Virus record (IMG/VR): IMGVR_UViG_3300019468_000010
Strand: one strand, 5' to 3'
Origin: a virus
DNA: 41,628 nt
This document shows, piece after piece, positions 14,749 through 24,300 of the stretch. The translations under genes were made by a program, and so were the position numbers. Position 1 is the stretch's first letter; the number at the start of each line of letters is the position of its first letter. The notes below the pieces were generated by a model, which ran no database searches, was not told the origin of the DNA, and worked only from the letters and a program-made list of their open reading frames with translations.

Positions 14749-15804
14749 ATGCAATTCAATACAACAATTCGGAGAAAGGATAAAGGCTATCAAATTATAG
14801 TTAGCTATAAGGACGGCTATAAGTGGAAACAGAAATCTAAACAGGGTTTCGCAACACAAAGAGATGCTAAACTTTATGGCCAAGAAATAGTAGACAATCT
14901 AAAAAAGACTATCACCAGTCCACTTGATGATAGTCTAAAAGATATAACGCTTATTGAGTTTTACAAGATATATACAGATGAAAACAAAGCAAATGTATAT
15001 TCTACGTTCAAAGCATATGACAATGCATTTCAGAAATTCAACATGCTATTCAATATGAAAGTAAAAGATATTTCTGAAATACAAATTCGGAAAGTAATTA
15101 ATGACTTACAACAATCAATAGCCAGTAAGAATATGTGCATAACGATTATAACAAAGGTATTCGCCTATGCAGTATCACCATATAGGATTATTAATAGTAG
15201 TCCATGTAAGAACATTAAACGACTACATAAAACACAAACAACTAAAATCAACGCTATAAATGAAGATGATGTAACACGCCTGTTAACATCGTTAAAAGGC
15301 CATAACTACAAATACTATATCGTGTGTTCCATTGCTGCTTATACTGGTATGCGGTATGGCGAAATATTAGGCCTTACATGGGATGATATAGATTTAGATA
15401 ACGCTATTATTGATGTGAATAAACAATTCGCTTATAGCGGTGAAAGTACATATATGATCCGCAATCTAAAGACAAAAAACAGTTACAGAAAAATACCTAT
15501 ACCGCCAATACTGATTGATATATTGCTTGAATACAAAAATACCACCAGCGGATTATATCTATTCAACAATCCAACTGGCGGTACTGGTGCAGTATCGGTA
15601 ATGATAAAACGATATTTACCAAATACTTCTATACATGATTTAAGACATACCTATGCTACAAGGTTATTAGCAAATGGTGTTGATATAAAAACAGTAGCAT
15701 CCTTATTAGGTGATACTGTTGATACAGTCATCAACACATACATTCACTATACCGATGAAATGAGATTAAAGGCACATGATAGTGTGTCTAAAATTTTCGG
15801 CTAG
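14749..15804 (+). CDS. int: Tyrosine integrase
   Basis: TGMRYGEILGLTWDDID (catalytic Arg box) and HDLRHTYATRLLANGVDIKTVASLLGD...TYIHY (H-x-x-R ... Y). Confidence 0.95.
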   Translation: MQFNTTIRRKDKGYQIIVSYKDGYKWKQKSKQGFATQRDAKLYGQEIVDNLKKTITSPLDDSLKDITLIEFYKIYTDENKANVYSTFKAYDNAFQKFNMLFNMKVKDISEIQIRKVINDLQQSIASKNMCITIITKVFAYAVSPYRIINSSPCKNIKRLHKTQTTKINAINEDDVTRLLTSLKGHNYKYYIVCSIAAYTGMRYGEILGLTWDDIDLDNAIIDVNKQFAYSGESTYMIRNLKTKNSYRKIPIPPILIDILLEYKNTTSGLYLFNNPTGGTGAVSVMIKRYLPNTSIHDLRHTYATRLLANGVDIKTVASLLGDTVDTVINTYIHYTDEMRLKAHDSVSKIFG

Positions 15805-16023
15805 AATTTTTGACGAATTTATTGACGATTACCAAATAAACCTTGTAATTACTGGTGTTTTCAACCTATAAAACATATCAATATATTATACTCCAATTAA
15901 CTATGGATTATCAATTATTTCACAATTATTATTATACTTGCAATTAATCTTTGTTGCGGTAAATATTACTTCTCATATTTTACCACATTTTACAATTAGA
16001 ATTTGACGAATATTTGACGAAAT
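15805..16023. other. attP-like region with two pairs of TTGACGA(A/T)(T/A) direct repeats (arm-type site candidates)
   Basis: TTGACGAAT at 15810-15818, TTGACGATT at 15822-15830, TTGACGAAT at 16003-16011 and TTGACGAAA at 16014-16022. All are in the same orientation and flank about 170 bp of AT-rich DNA next to int. Confidence 0.55.
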
Positions 16024-16054
16024 AAAAAAAGAGGGTAGCAATTAAGCTACCCTC
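16024..16054 (-). terminator. Rho-independent terminator (GAGGGTAGC - 6 nt loop - GCTACCCTC followed by U7 on the minus strand)
   Basis: Perfect 9-bp stem read directly. It lies 9 nt downstream of the stop at 16063. Confidence 0.85.
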
Positions 16055-16062
16055 TAATACGT

Positions 16063-16227
16063 TTAGTCTAATTCAATTAATCGGTGTAGTTCGCCGTTTA
16101 CAAACCACATTTCACACGTTACATTATCGCCGTCTTTTAGAGTGGCCATATATAACCCCTCTTTGTTTGGTTGAATATCTTCTGCGAATTGATGTGTTTT
16201 TCCTTCAAATGTAAATACTTGTGCCAT
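16063..16227 (-). CDS. Small hypothetical protein (54 aa) forming a moron with its own promoter and terminator
   Basis: ATG at 16227 preceded by AAAGGA. Translation: MAQVFTFEGKTHQFAEDIQPNKEGLYMATLKDGDNVTCEMWFVNGELHRLIELD. The longer track ORF begins at a TTG that is actually the promoter -35. Confidence 0.55.
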   Translation of the reverse strand: MAQVFTFEGKTHQFAEDIQPNKEGLYMATLKDGDNVTCEMWFVNGELHRLIELD

Positions 16228-16243
16228 TGTGTTATTCCTTTCA

Positions 16244-16272
16244 GTTATAAAGTAATACTTTCCAACTGTCAA
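16244..16272 (-). promoter_or_regulatory. Sigma-70-type promoter TTGACA - 17 bp - TATAAC, with an overlapping palindrome CAACTGT-N6-ACAGTTG (16263-16282)
   Basis: Read on the minus strand. The -35 is at 16272-16267 and the -10 at 16249-16244. The -10 ends only 16 nt before the ATG, so the leader would be very short. Confidence 0.45.
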
Positions 16273-16317
16273 TTAACAGTTGATTGTTGCAATCCGTGCA
16301 ACTCGGAGATAATTAGA

Positions 16318-16890
16318 TCACCATTCCTTTACTGTGTAAAGTGCGCTAGCGCCCTCTAAATGTTGTCCATTGAAATGTGTTAACACTTCAAATTTACCTG
16401 CTTGATAGCCTATAGTTTCATAGGCTATATTATCTATCAAAGTAACACCAGCTTTTATCTTGTGTCCTTTGTTTAGATTGATTTTGTACACATCGACTTT
16501 TTGTTCATCGGTGTTAGCAACTACTGCGGTTCTATCAGATTTTTCAGTAACAGCTTTAGGTACATTAGGGTTGCTATGTACAATATCCTGTTTTACCTTT
16601 TCAGCTGCGACTTCAACTGTAGGTGCTTGCGTGTAATACGTTGCTATTGGTTGAGTTCTTTCCTTTTTAGAAATGACTTCCTGTGCTTCCTTTTCAGTAA
16701 CATGAATTGCCTTTGACAATTCTTGAGGTGATTTAGCCTGCTCTTGTGTAACAATAACAGGCTTTTCTAATTCTTTTTGTTTGTGATGATATATTACTAC
16801 ACCTACAATAGCGATAAAAACGCATAGGACAATCGCTACGGCTATTTTGTAGTGTTCCTTGATAGTTTGTACCAACTTACTAATTAACAT
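16318..16890 (-). CDS. N-terminally membrane-anchored protein at the end of the lysis cassette (spanin analogue or other envelope factor)
   Basis: Single TM segment IAVAIVLCVFIAIVGVVIY, then a charged helical linker and a beta-rich C-terminal domain. It lies immediately after the endolysin. Confidence 0.4.
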   Translation of the reverse strand: MLISKLVQTIKEHYKIAVAIVLCVFIAIVGVVIYHHKQKELEKPVIVTQEQAKSPQELSKAIHVTEKEAQEVISKKERTQPIATYYTQAPTVEVAAEKVKQDIVHSNPNVPKAVTEKSDRTAVVANTDEQKVDVYKINLNKGHKIKAGVTLIDNIAYETIGYQAGKFEVLTHFNGQHLEGASALYTVKEW

Positions 16891-16893
16891 GGC

Positions 16894-17553
16894 TTACACC
16901 TCGTTTAATTCATTTTGTAGCATTTCTAGCGCTCTAAACTTTTCATCGGCGAAACGTTCATTCAAATTATCACGTAATGCACTATTGTTCCATTCTGTAC
17001 TCATACATACATCATAGATACAAGCGATGATGTCATAGTCAAAGCGTTTATCATCAACGTAGGATAGATTAGGCAATTCTAAATTCAAAGCCTTTTCCAT
17101 TAGTTTTAGTGCATCGTGGAACATATCAACGATATTACCTACACCATATTGTACTGTTCTACTCCATATCACATCTTTCAATGTATCGGAGTGTTTATCC
17201 ACGTTGAACAGGTTATCTTGTAGCAATTTACACGCTACATCATAGTATTTAGCCTTGATGTAGTCATGTTGCATCTGTGCAAATCCTTGTCTATCAATAG
17301 CACCCAGTTCTTTCCATTGGTCGATAAACTCATCACTATTGATTTCACCACTATCTACCAATGCTCTTGCATAGTCTGTATAAAATCCGCCTTGCCGTAA
17401 TCCCCAACCTAGAAATTCATCAACGCTACCGCAATTACTAGCTAATTGATACGTACCATAAGAAATACCGCCTGCATCGTTAACCCCGCTTGATACACAA
17501 GCAGGGTCTCCATTACTCTCATATACTGCACTTAAACTCCCTAATTCGTTCAT
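16894..17553 (-). CDS. Putative endolysin, lysozyme/SLT-like fold
   Basis: N-terminus YESNGDPACVSSGVNDAGGISYGTYQL fits the E-S ... G-x-x-Q transglycosylase/lysozyme signature. It lies directly after two holin-like genes, with a 4-nt overlap. Confidence 0.55.
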   Translation of the reverse strand: MNELGSLSAVYESNGDPACVSSGVNDAGGISYGTYQLASNCGSVDEFLGWGLRQGGFYTDYARALVDSGEINSDEFIDQWKELGAIDRQGFAQMQHDYIKAKYYDVACKLLQDNLFNVDKHSDTLKDVIWSRTVQYGVGNIVDMFHDALKLMEKALNLELPNLSYVDDKRFDYDIIACIYDVCMSTEWNNSALRDNLNERFADEKFRALEMLQNELNEV

Positions 17554-17753
17554 TTCTCTAACTCCTTTTTTTCATCAACACTACCCCCATTATTCATGTA
17601 TTGGGAACGCTTAACTCCACCAGTAGCACCGATATAACCACCCAATACACCGACTATCACGCTTGCCAAATCCTTTTGTTCAAGATAGATAGTCATGATT
17701 AACGCACTAGCCAAGGCAATCAGCGTAATCATATCCTCATAGTTAATCTTCAT
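17550..17753 (-). CDS. Small two-TM holin/antiholin-like protein
   Basis: 67 aa with two hydrophobic segments and a charged C-terminus. It overlaps both neighbours by 4 nt. Confidence 0.5.
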   Translation of the reverse strand: MKINYEDMITLIALASALIMTIYLEQKDLASVIVGVLGGYIGATGGVKRSQYMNNGGSVDEKKELEK

Positions 17754-18292
17754 TTAATCGCTTCCTTTACCGATTTAACGAAATCAATCACTTGTTTAAA
17801 TAACCCTATCGCACGTTTAAACCACCTTGTTTCTACTAATTCGAGTTCTATCATGTTCTCTACGCACGATGCCAATTCGATAAATATAGGTATTAAATAC
17901 AACAATGTGCATAGGAATACATCAACACGGCCTAATACTGGTACTTCTACATCTGGCAAGGTTAATAGAATAAAGGCCAACAAAAAAAGCCACGGATAGG
18001 ATTTGACTAATTTCTTAGTCATATCCGCTCGTAGCTTGCCACTTACTAAAAATCGTTTAGGTTTTCCGTTAATTTCTACTACCGCCCAACCTCTCCATAG
18101 GATAGCTAGTATAGTATTTTTGATTGTAACTTCTCTCTTTGTTGCTAGGTTGTAATTTCTAGCTTCAACCAACACTCGTAATATTGTATCTATAAACACA
18201 AGAATAACTGTTGTGAATATAGCCAATGATATGCGTACCGCTTCACTCACGTTAAACACCTCGTTAAATATTGGAATAAAGATTTCTACCAT
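17750..18292 (-). CDS. Multi-TM holin-like protein (Phage_holin_4/TcdE-like)
   Basis: Several TM segments, and the IELASCVENMIE segment resembles the E-x-x-S-x-x-EN motif of holin family 4. Confidence 0.5.
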   Translation of the reverse strand: MVEIFIPIFNEVFNVSEAVRISLAIFTTVILVFIDTILRVLVEARNYNLATKREVTIKNTILAILWRGWAVVEINGKPKRFLVSGKLRADMTKKLVKSYPWLFLLAFILLTLPDVEVPVLGRVDVFLCTLLYLIPIFIELASCVENMIELELVETRWFKRAIGLFKQVIDFVKSVKEAIK

Positions 18293-18293
18293 A

Positions 18294-18779
18294 CTAATCT
18301 CCCTGTCTTGATAATCTAAACCAAGCTTTATTACTCCCTCGTGGTTTATTTTGATTAAATAAAACCTGCCTATCGCTGGTTACAGATAAAGCTATTTGAT
18401 TTCCAATAACGTTTCCACAAACAATTGTTGCATTCAGTCCGCTAGGTGTAACAAACGTGCTTGTTGATGTGCTTTTTGTATTGAATTCAACCAAATATTT
18501 CCCTTTTGGTAGCCATACAGTAAATCGTTGTTCAAAGTTACTGTTATCACGTTCATAATATATTGGCTCAAACAATATAGGGTTTTGCTGCACATAATAC
18601 TTAGTATTATCGATGATAATAAACATGTTATTATCAGATGGCTTTTCTGTAGATAACCTAGCGTAATAAGATTTATCACTCATTGCAACTTTTAAATATT
18701 TACTATTCCCTATATCACGGATCTCATCGGTCATATTAAATGAACCTGTACTAGCACCACTTATTGTAATATTAGCCAT
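18294..18779 (-). CDS. Hypothetical beta-rich protein downstream of the tail fibre (fibre accessory or second receptor-binding component?)
   Basis: It overlaps the tail fibre gene by 8 nt. No motif recognised. Confidence 0.55.
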   Translation of the reverse strand: MANITISGASTGSFNMTDEIRDIGNSKYLKVAMSDKSYYARLSTEKPSDNNMFIIIDNTKYYVQQNPILFEPIYYERDNSNFEQRFTVWLPKGKYLVEFNTKSTSTSTFVTPSGLNATIVCGNVIGNQIALSVTSDRQVLFNQNKPRGSNKAWFRLSRQGD

Positions 18780-21252
18780 TTACACCCACCTCAATCGTAC
18801 CTTTGTTACTCCATAATTGCAATCGGCTATTCAATGATGTTTGTACTCTCCCCCAAGAACCCCATTTGTCAGCCATGAAAGTACGATGATAGGTTTCACC
18901 ATTTAATGTGTGCAATGTATGGTCGATTAGCTTACCATCTCCAAAGTTAAATACAATCAGCATACCTTGCTTATGACTTCGTGGCGGATTGTTAGCACCA
19001 CCATCAAAATTGATTTCATAGCACCCTTGCGTTGTAAGTGTATTCCAATCTGTTGCGGTATCTAATTTAGAATAAGGAAAACCAAATGAACCTGCATCAT
19101 CTTTTTTGACAAATACTTCATCGGCTTTGGCCTTGCTATAAATAGCCTTGTCATAATGTTTTGTAGTTAATACTGTACTACTATCCGTGCCGTCATAGTG
19201 TTTTAATGTAGTACCAGTTAAGTATACTGGAACGCTAGGGTCTCCCAATTCCACCGCATCAGATGTAGATACTTTACCGATACGCACACCATGTCCATCA
19301 GTTTTCTTACCCTCTAACAATGTATTGTTGTTAAGCACGATAGAACCGCTTACATTACCGCCTGTGAGTTTTAAATAATCTAATGTCGCAAGTCTAGCAG
19401 TGTTAATTGAGTTCTGATAATCTCTGTTCGGATTGCCTACATAAATATCGACTTGATGCCGTTTACTAGGTTTTTCTGTTAACACTGCAAAATAGAATTT
19501 ACCATTGCAATATGCAATATCTTCGATTTCAGTAGTTCTGTTAATCTCAATGATTTGTTTAACAGTTCCGAATGGTGTACATTCTACCAAACTACCGAGC
19601 GTTGCACTCATGATGCATCCGTTAAGCATTAAAGCACCATTGTTATTGAAATCATCATATTGGTAGTCAATTTGATACGTTTTTATTTTTTTGAAATCAT
19701 CATTGTACAAGTTGACTTCACGCAAACGTTGTTGACCGCTAATTGGTACGATGCTCACATATGTCCGAGTGATAGGGTCATATCCGATATTAAATACACG
19801 TTCAGTCAATGTGATCGTCTTTTCAAATGTCATGGTGTCTGCATTAAATACAGATAAGTTGTTACCATTTTTCAAGCCGTTGGCAAGGTATATCTTATTC
19901 GTGTATTTGTTATAGCACATAGTGTTACAATGGCCCATTTTGTCAGGGTCGCTAAACTTATATGTACCTACGATTTCAAATGTATCTGGATTGAGTTCGT
20001 ACAAGTTTTGTTTTGTACCATCACCATTGATGCATGCTAACAAAAACACATTCTTTTTATCGTTGTAGGTAAAGCCTTGACATTGGTTGACCTCATCGCC
20101 GTATTGGATGTTTTTAACAAAGGCGATGTTGGATGCACCTTTTAACATTGGTGTTTCAGTAGGATAGAACGGCTTAATGTTATTGTATGTACCCATATCC
20201 ATAACACTATCAACAGTATCAAACGAAACATGTTCATTCACTTTGTAGATGCCATTAGGGATTAACAATATTTTATTTTTCAAATTATCATTAGCACGTT
20301 TGAATGCTGCCGTATCATCTGCTACACCATCACCGACTGCCCCAAAGTCTTTGACAGATACTATGCCGTATAGGCTATCTTTAGGTACAAACTTTGTATC
20401 GGCTTCGGTTTTAGTGATTAAACCACCGCCATTAGGCAAGGCGATTTGTTCCGCTTTATTGGCTGCCGTTTCTGCACGTTTCGCCGCATCAGTTGCCTTG
20501 ATAGCGTTACTTGCAATCGATGTTTGTTTATTATCAATGTCTGTTTTTAAAGTTCGTGCTTGGCTCACCAACTCATTAATATCACGCTTATCAACAGTTG
20601 TTTGTCCTGCATACGCTTTTGCATCTGCCACTAGCTTTTCTGCTTTCGTTACATTAGCGTTAGATGTATCAAGTGCTGTATTGCTGGTCGCTAGCTTATC
20701 ATCGACTGTACGGCTTAATTCTGTGATTTCACCGCCTAGCGTTTTTATCGTTTCTGCATTAGCGTTAATAGTATCACTTTCTGCTTTGATTTTTTCATAT
20801 GCATCAATAGCATCATTTGCTGCCTTTGTCGATGTATCTACAATCTTACGAGCAACTGTTGTTGCATCCTCATCACTACCTACACGGATTAATAAGGCTC
20901 TATTCATCTTCTCCTGCATTTCTTGCAAAATCAATGTAACCTTATCTGTCATGTGTTCGATATTTTGGAAAGGGTATTCATCTGGCAAATCTGTATCTTG
21001 TTTAATTGGTGTTCTACGTTCAAGAATAATCTTGTGCGTATTGTCTAATGGATCACCATCAGCAGGATATGTTAAAGTTTTGTTTTCTTTGTCGTAATCG
21101 ATATTGCCTGTTTGTACGCTTTCTGTGCCGTCTGCATCCACCATGATTAAGGCTATATCTTCAATCATGTAAAAGTCATACGGCCATATCCATTTCTTGT
21201 TCGCTCCATCACATTGATAAACTACACTAGGTTTATTGACCTCTGGTATCAT
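18772..21252 (-). CDS. Tail fibre/tailspike: T7 gp17-like N-terminal adaptor, Ala-rich coiled coil, pectate-lyase-3-type motif plus a probable glycan-degrading domain, and a knob-like C-terminus
   Basis: The N-terminus VVYQCDGANKKWIWPYDF...ILERRTPIKQDTDL parallels T7 gp17 (YQLDGSNRDFNIPFEY...ELRRVT). VKDFGAVGDGVADDTAAF is the Pectate_lyase_3 hallmark. The C-terminus DWNTLTTQGCYEINFDGGANNPP...GMLIVF...WGSWGRV is pyocin-knob-like. Confidence 0.75.
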   Translation of the reverse strand: MIPEVNKPSVVYQCDGANKKWIWPYDFYMIEDIALIMVDADGTESVQTGNIDYDKENKTLTYPADGDPLDNTHKIILERRTPIKQDTDLPDEYPFQNIEHMTDKVTLILQEMQEKMNRALLIRVGSDEDATTVARKIVDTSTKAANDAIDAYEKIKAESDTINANAETIKTLGGEITELSRTVDDKLATSNTALDTSNANVTKAEKLVADAKAYAGQTTVDKRDINELVSQARTLKTDIDNKQTSIASNAIKATDAAKRAETAANKAEQIALPNGGGLITKTEADTKFVPKDSLYGIVSVKDFGAVGDGVADDTAAFKRANDNLKNKILLIPNGIYKVNEHVSFDTVDSVMDMGTYNNIKPFYPTETPMLKGASNIAFVKNIQYGDEVNQCQGFTYNDKKNVFLLACINGDGTKQNLYELNPDTFEIVGTYKFSDPDKMGHCNTMCYNKYTNKIYLANGLKNGNNLSVFNADTMTFEKTITLTERVFNIGYDPITRTYVSIVPISGQQRLREVNLYNDDFKKIKTYQIDYQYDDFNNNGALMLNGCIMSATLGSLVECTPFGTVKQIIEINRTTEIEDIAYCNGKFYFAVLTEKPSKRHQVDIYVGNPNRDYQNSINTARLATLDYLKLTGGNVSGSIVLNNNTLLEGKKTDGHGVRIGKVSTSDAVELGDPSVPVYLTGTTLKHYDGTDSSTVLTTKHYDKAIYSKAKADEVFVKKDDAGSFGFPYSKLDTATDWNTLTTQGCYEINFDGGANNPPRSHKQGMLIVFNFGDGKLIDHTLHTLNGETYHRTFMADKWGSWGRVQTSLNSRLQLWSNKGTIEVGVNG

Positions 21253-21308
21253 ATTTGTTCCCCTTTCTAATTAAATAGGACTACCCATAATTGAGCAGTC
21301 CTTATTTA

Positions 21309-24300
21309 TTAATGTTTATCTTTTTTAGATTTTTTATCTTTCAATCGTCTATCAAACATGATAGCCATAATGACATCTTCTAGTTTTGCATCCGTGTCCG
21401 TTAGTGCAAATTTAGCTAATGTCCATAGTCCATCTGTTACAGTATCACTGAACCCTGTAATTCGGTTAGATACTTGTGATAGGCTTCTACCTACATCCAT
21501 AGCGCCTTTATTAGGCGATACAATTGCATTGCCTACATCATATAGTTTTTCAACGATTGATGCGGCCATTACTGTATTCCCTTTATTGAATACCTTTTCG
21601 CCTAGAATGTATTTCATAGCCATGTTGGAAATATCACGCACAATAGGTATACCCATAGTAGCTTGTGATACCAATTCTTCCCCAAAGGATTTTGCTAAAT
21701 CTTCAGGGCTATCATCATCTCCATTTGTCATAGCCTTGTAAACCATCATGCCTAGCGCTTGTGCGGTCAAAGTCCACCATAGCATGCGCACGAATTGTCC
21801 ATAGTTGCCTTGGTCTTTCCGTGCATAGTTACCCTCAGCAATGATATTGTACAAAGTGTTAGCGTATGAGTAGAATGGTACAAATAGTTGAGTGAGTGCA
21901 TTTCTTGAACGTTGGATGCCTGCACTGTCTTTTGTATCGCCGCTACCGAATATATCTCTTACGGCTCTATCGCCAGCACTAATAGCTTCCTGTTCTACAA
22001 ATTCTGCCGTTACTCCCTCAACACTTTGTAATTCAAGTACTTTCTTATCGTATGCAAATTTCCATATAGGAATAGACAAGGCAAAATCAGTTTCTGTTAA
22101 AAGCCTAAATCCCATTTGGTTAATATCATCACGAATATTAGCCAATTGTTCAGCCTTATAACCACCAATATTTGTATCACCTATGCGTAAGCCTTTACCC
22201 TCAATGGATAACCCTTGTTTCAAGTCCTTATCTAGTGTTTGAACACGTTCCCTCATGAATATGGATTGAGATAACACGAAATCACGTGTTGCGTTGTACT
22301 TGGTTGTACCTACACCATAAAACCCTATACCAGCATCGCTAATTGCTTTGAGCGTATTTCCTACACCGATACGATACATGGCAACAGGAATGTTCAATGC
22401 ATTTTGTAATGCTACGGATACACGGCCAGCCATAACTGCGGTAGAGGTATTTTTCTTGAGTGTCATAACCAATCTACCCCATGCATCAAGTTTTGCAGCT
22501 TCATCTTTCCAGTTATCACGAACCCATGTGCGCAAGAATTGGTAGGTTTCCATACCAAATTTATCAACGATATATTCTTGGAAACGGCTATTGCCTACTA
22601 GCTTATTTACATCCGTTACTGCTTTACGCATGGTAACGTGATTAATAGCCTCTGTAATCGCATTAGGGATAACATCAAAATCAAGCATTAAGGATTTACC
22701 TTTGACTACATCCAAACGTGATTTAGTAGCACCCATACCAGTACCAAAGATTGCATTACTAGCAATCATCGTTTTAGCAATATCCTCTGTTTCAAAGTCA
22801 GATACTTTAGCACTTACTTTAGGATTGTACACAATAGGGAAATATTGGCCTTGAATTTCTCTACCACCAATTGTGAATGTAATACCTTTTTCTTTCTTCA
22901 AAGGATTACCATACAATTCCTCTTGTACCTTGCTACGTTCTTCATAGAATGAATTGATATGTTCCCATGTACGAATAACAAATTCCCAATCCTTATCCGT
23001 CATGTACTCTTGGAACGCTCTCTCCATTTCTACTTCATTACTTTGGATAGTTTCCAATGCACGTTGTCTATTTTTTTCTGTACCCCAATTCAAGGCAAGC
23101 ATGATGATTTGCTCTTTGGTAACGTTGCGTAATTCGCCTACGTTATAGAGATGATCATTGCGAACATCAAAGAGTTGTTTCTTTGAATATACCGCTTTTA
23201 CATCTCTGGCCAATCTATACATAGATTTTTCTTTGTACTCGTTAAATTTCTGAGTAGCTTTATTAATTGGCTCGTAAATATATCTAACTGCAGGGCCATT
23301 CTTTCCACCATCCAACCTGCGCAAGAATGTTTCAGCTTTCAATAATGATAAGTTAAAGTTATTCAATGTGTTAGACAATGCATCTGCACGGCTGCGGTTG
23401 TTTAACTCGTTAAATACATTTCCATTATCTCTACCAAATGTTTCAGCTGCCTTATCAATAATTTGGAATATAGCTTCATCAAATGTAACGTTATTCCCTT
23501 TTTCATCAATTAGCGTACTTCCCTCATATTGAGTTCTACCGCTTTTGTACATACCTGTCATGAGTTCCTCTAACTGTTCGAGTTCGCTCATTTTAAGGGT
23601 ACTAAACGTTCTAGGTGATTTAGCATCGAACATTTCGTATATCCATGGTTCAAGTTGTACAGTCGCTTCTTTATCACCCATGATGTCAGCATCTGCATCG
23701 AGTGCTTTAATCACGGCCATCATGTCAAAACCATTAACAGGTTGTAAGCCATCGTACTTAGTCAATCCCATTTGATATGCCATATGTGTATAGAAATAAC
23801 GCATATTAGGTTCAATCATAATAGGGTTTTGACTACGTGTCATGCGGTTCAATTGGTCTAACAATTTAACACGCAATTTCTTAATGGCCTTTGAATTTTC
23901 AAACGCTACTCTCGCCCTTGCTTGGTTTAGCATTTGAGATTGCTTAGCACGTAATGCTTCATCTACTTTACCAGTAGCCAATGCACTATCTGCTTTCTTA
24001 CCATCTCGTACTGCTTGATTTTGGTATTTCTTGTACTGGCTAGCTTGAGATAATGTCAAATCGCCTAACTCTCTTTTAGCACGTTCCATGTATTTCGGAA
24101 TAGTACCAAATCCACCATCACGGATTGTGCGAACCGCATTAATACGCTCTTGCAACGTATCCATTAACTTTTCAATTCGCTCTTCCTTAGATAATACTTT
24201 ATGGTCCATGCGTTCTTGCATACGCTCTTGCAAGCGTTCTTTTTGCTCTAGCACTTTATCAAGTCTATTCGTGATTGCTGTTAAGCGTTTAGATAATTCG

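Noticed and set aside
16063-16272. The full 69-aa track ORF starting at 16272
   Set aside because: Its first codon is the TTG of a TTGACA -35 hexamer. An ATG with an AAAGGA RBS at 16227 gives a more credible 54-aa product.
18434-18679. Nested same-strand ORFs in other frames: 18434-18679, 27341-27535, 29857-30060, 37031-37231 and 37238-37429
   Set aside because: They lie out of frame inside stronger genes, with implausible composition and no RBS.
18772-19080. A diversity-generating retroelement acting on the tail-fibre tip (BPP-1-like logic)
   Set aside because: No reverse transcriptase ORF exists anywhere in the window. I found no template/variable repeat pair matching the fibre 3' end.
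20249-21097. Long plus-strand ORFs opposite the big minus-strand genes: 20249-21097 (282 aa), 24088-24630 (180 aa), 28285-28692 (135 aa), 38968-39387 (139 aa), 10965-11429 (154 aa) and others
   Set aside because: They are antisense shadows of well-supported genes. They have Ser/Leu/Cys/Phe-rich low-complexity translations, no RBS and no operon context.
21253-21308. The AGGACT-N14-AGTCCT hairpin after the giant gene as a terminator
   Set aside because: It has a short stem and a large loop, and only a weak T-rich tail (ATTTAATT) on the coding strand. It is at best a weak attenuator.
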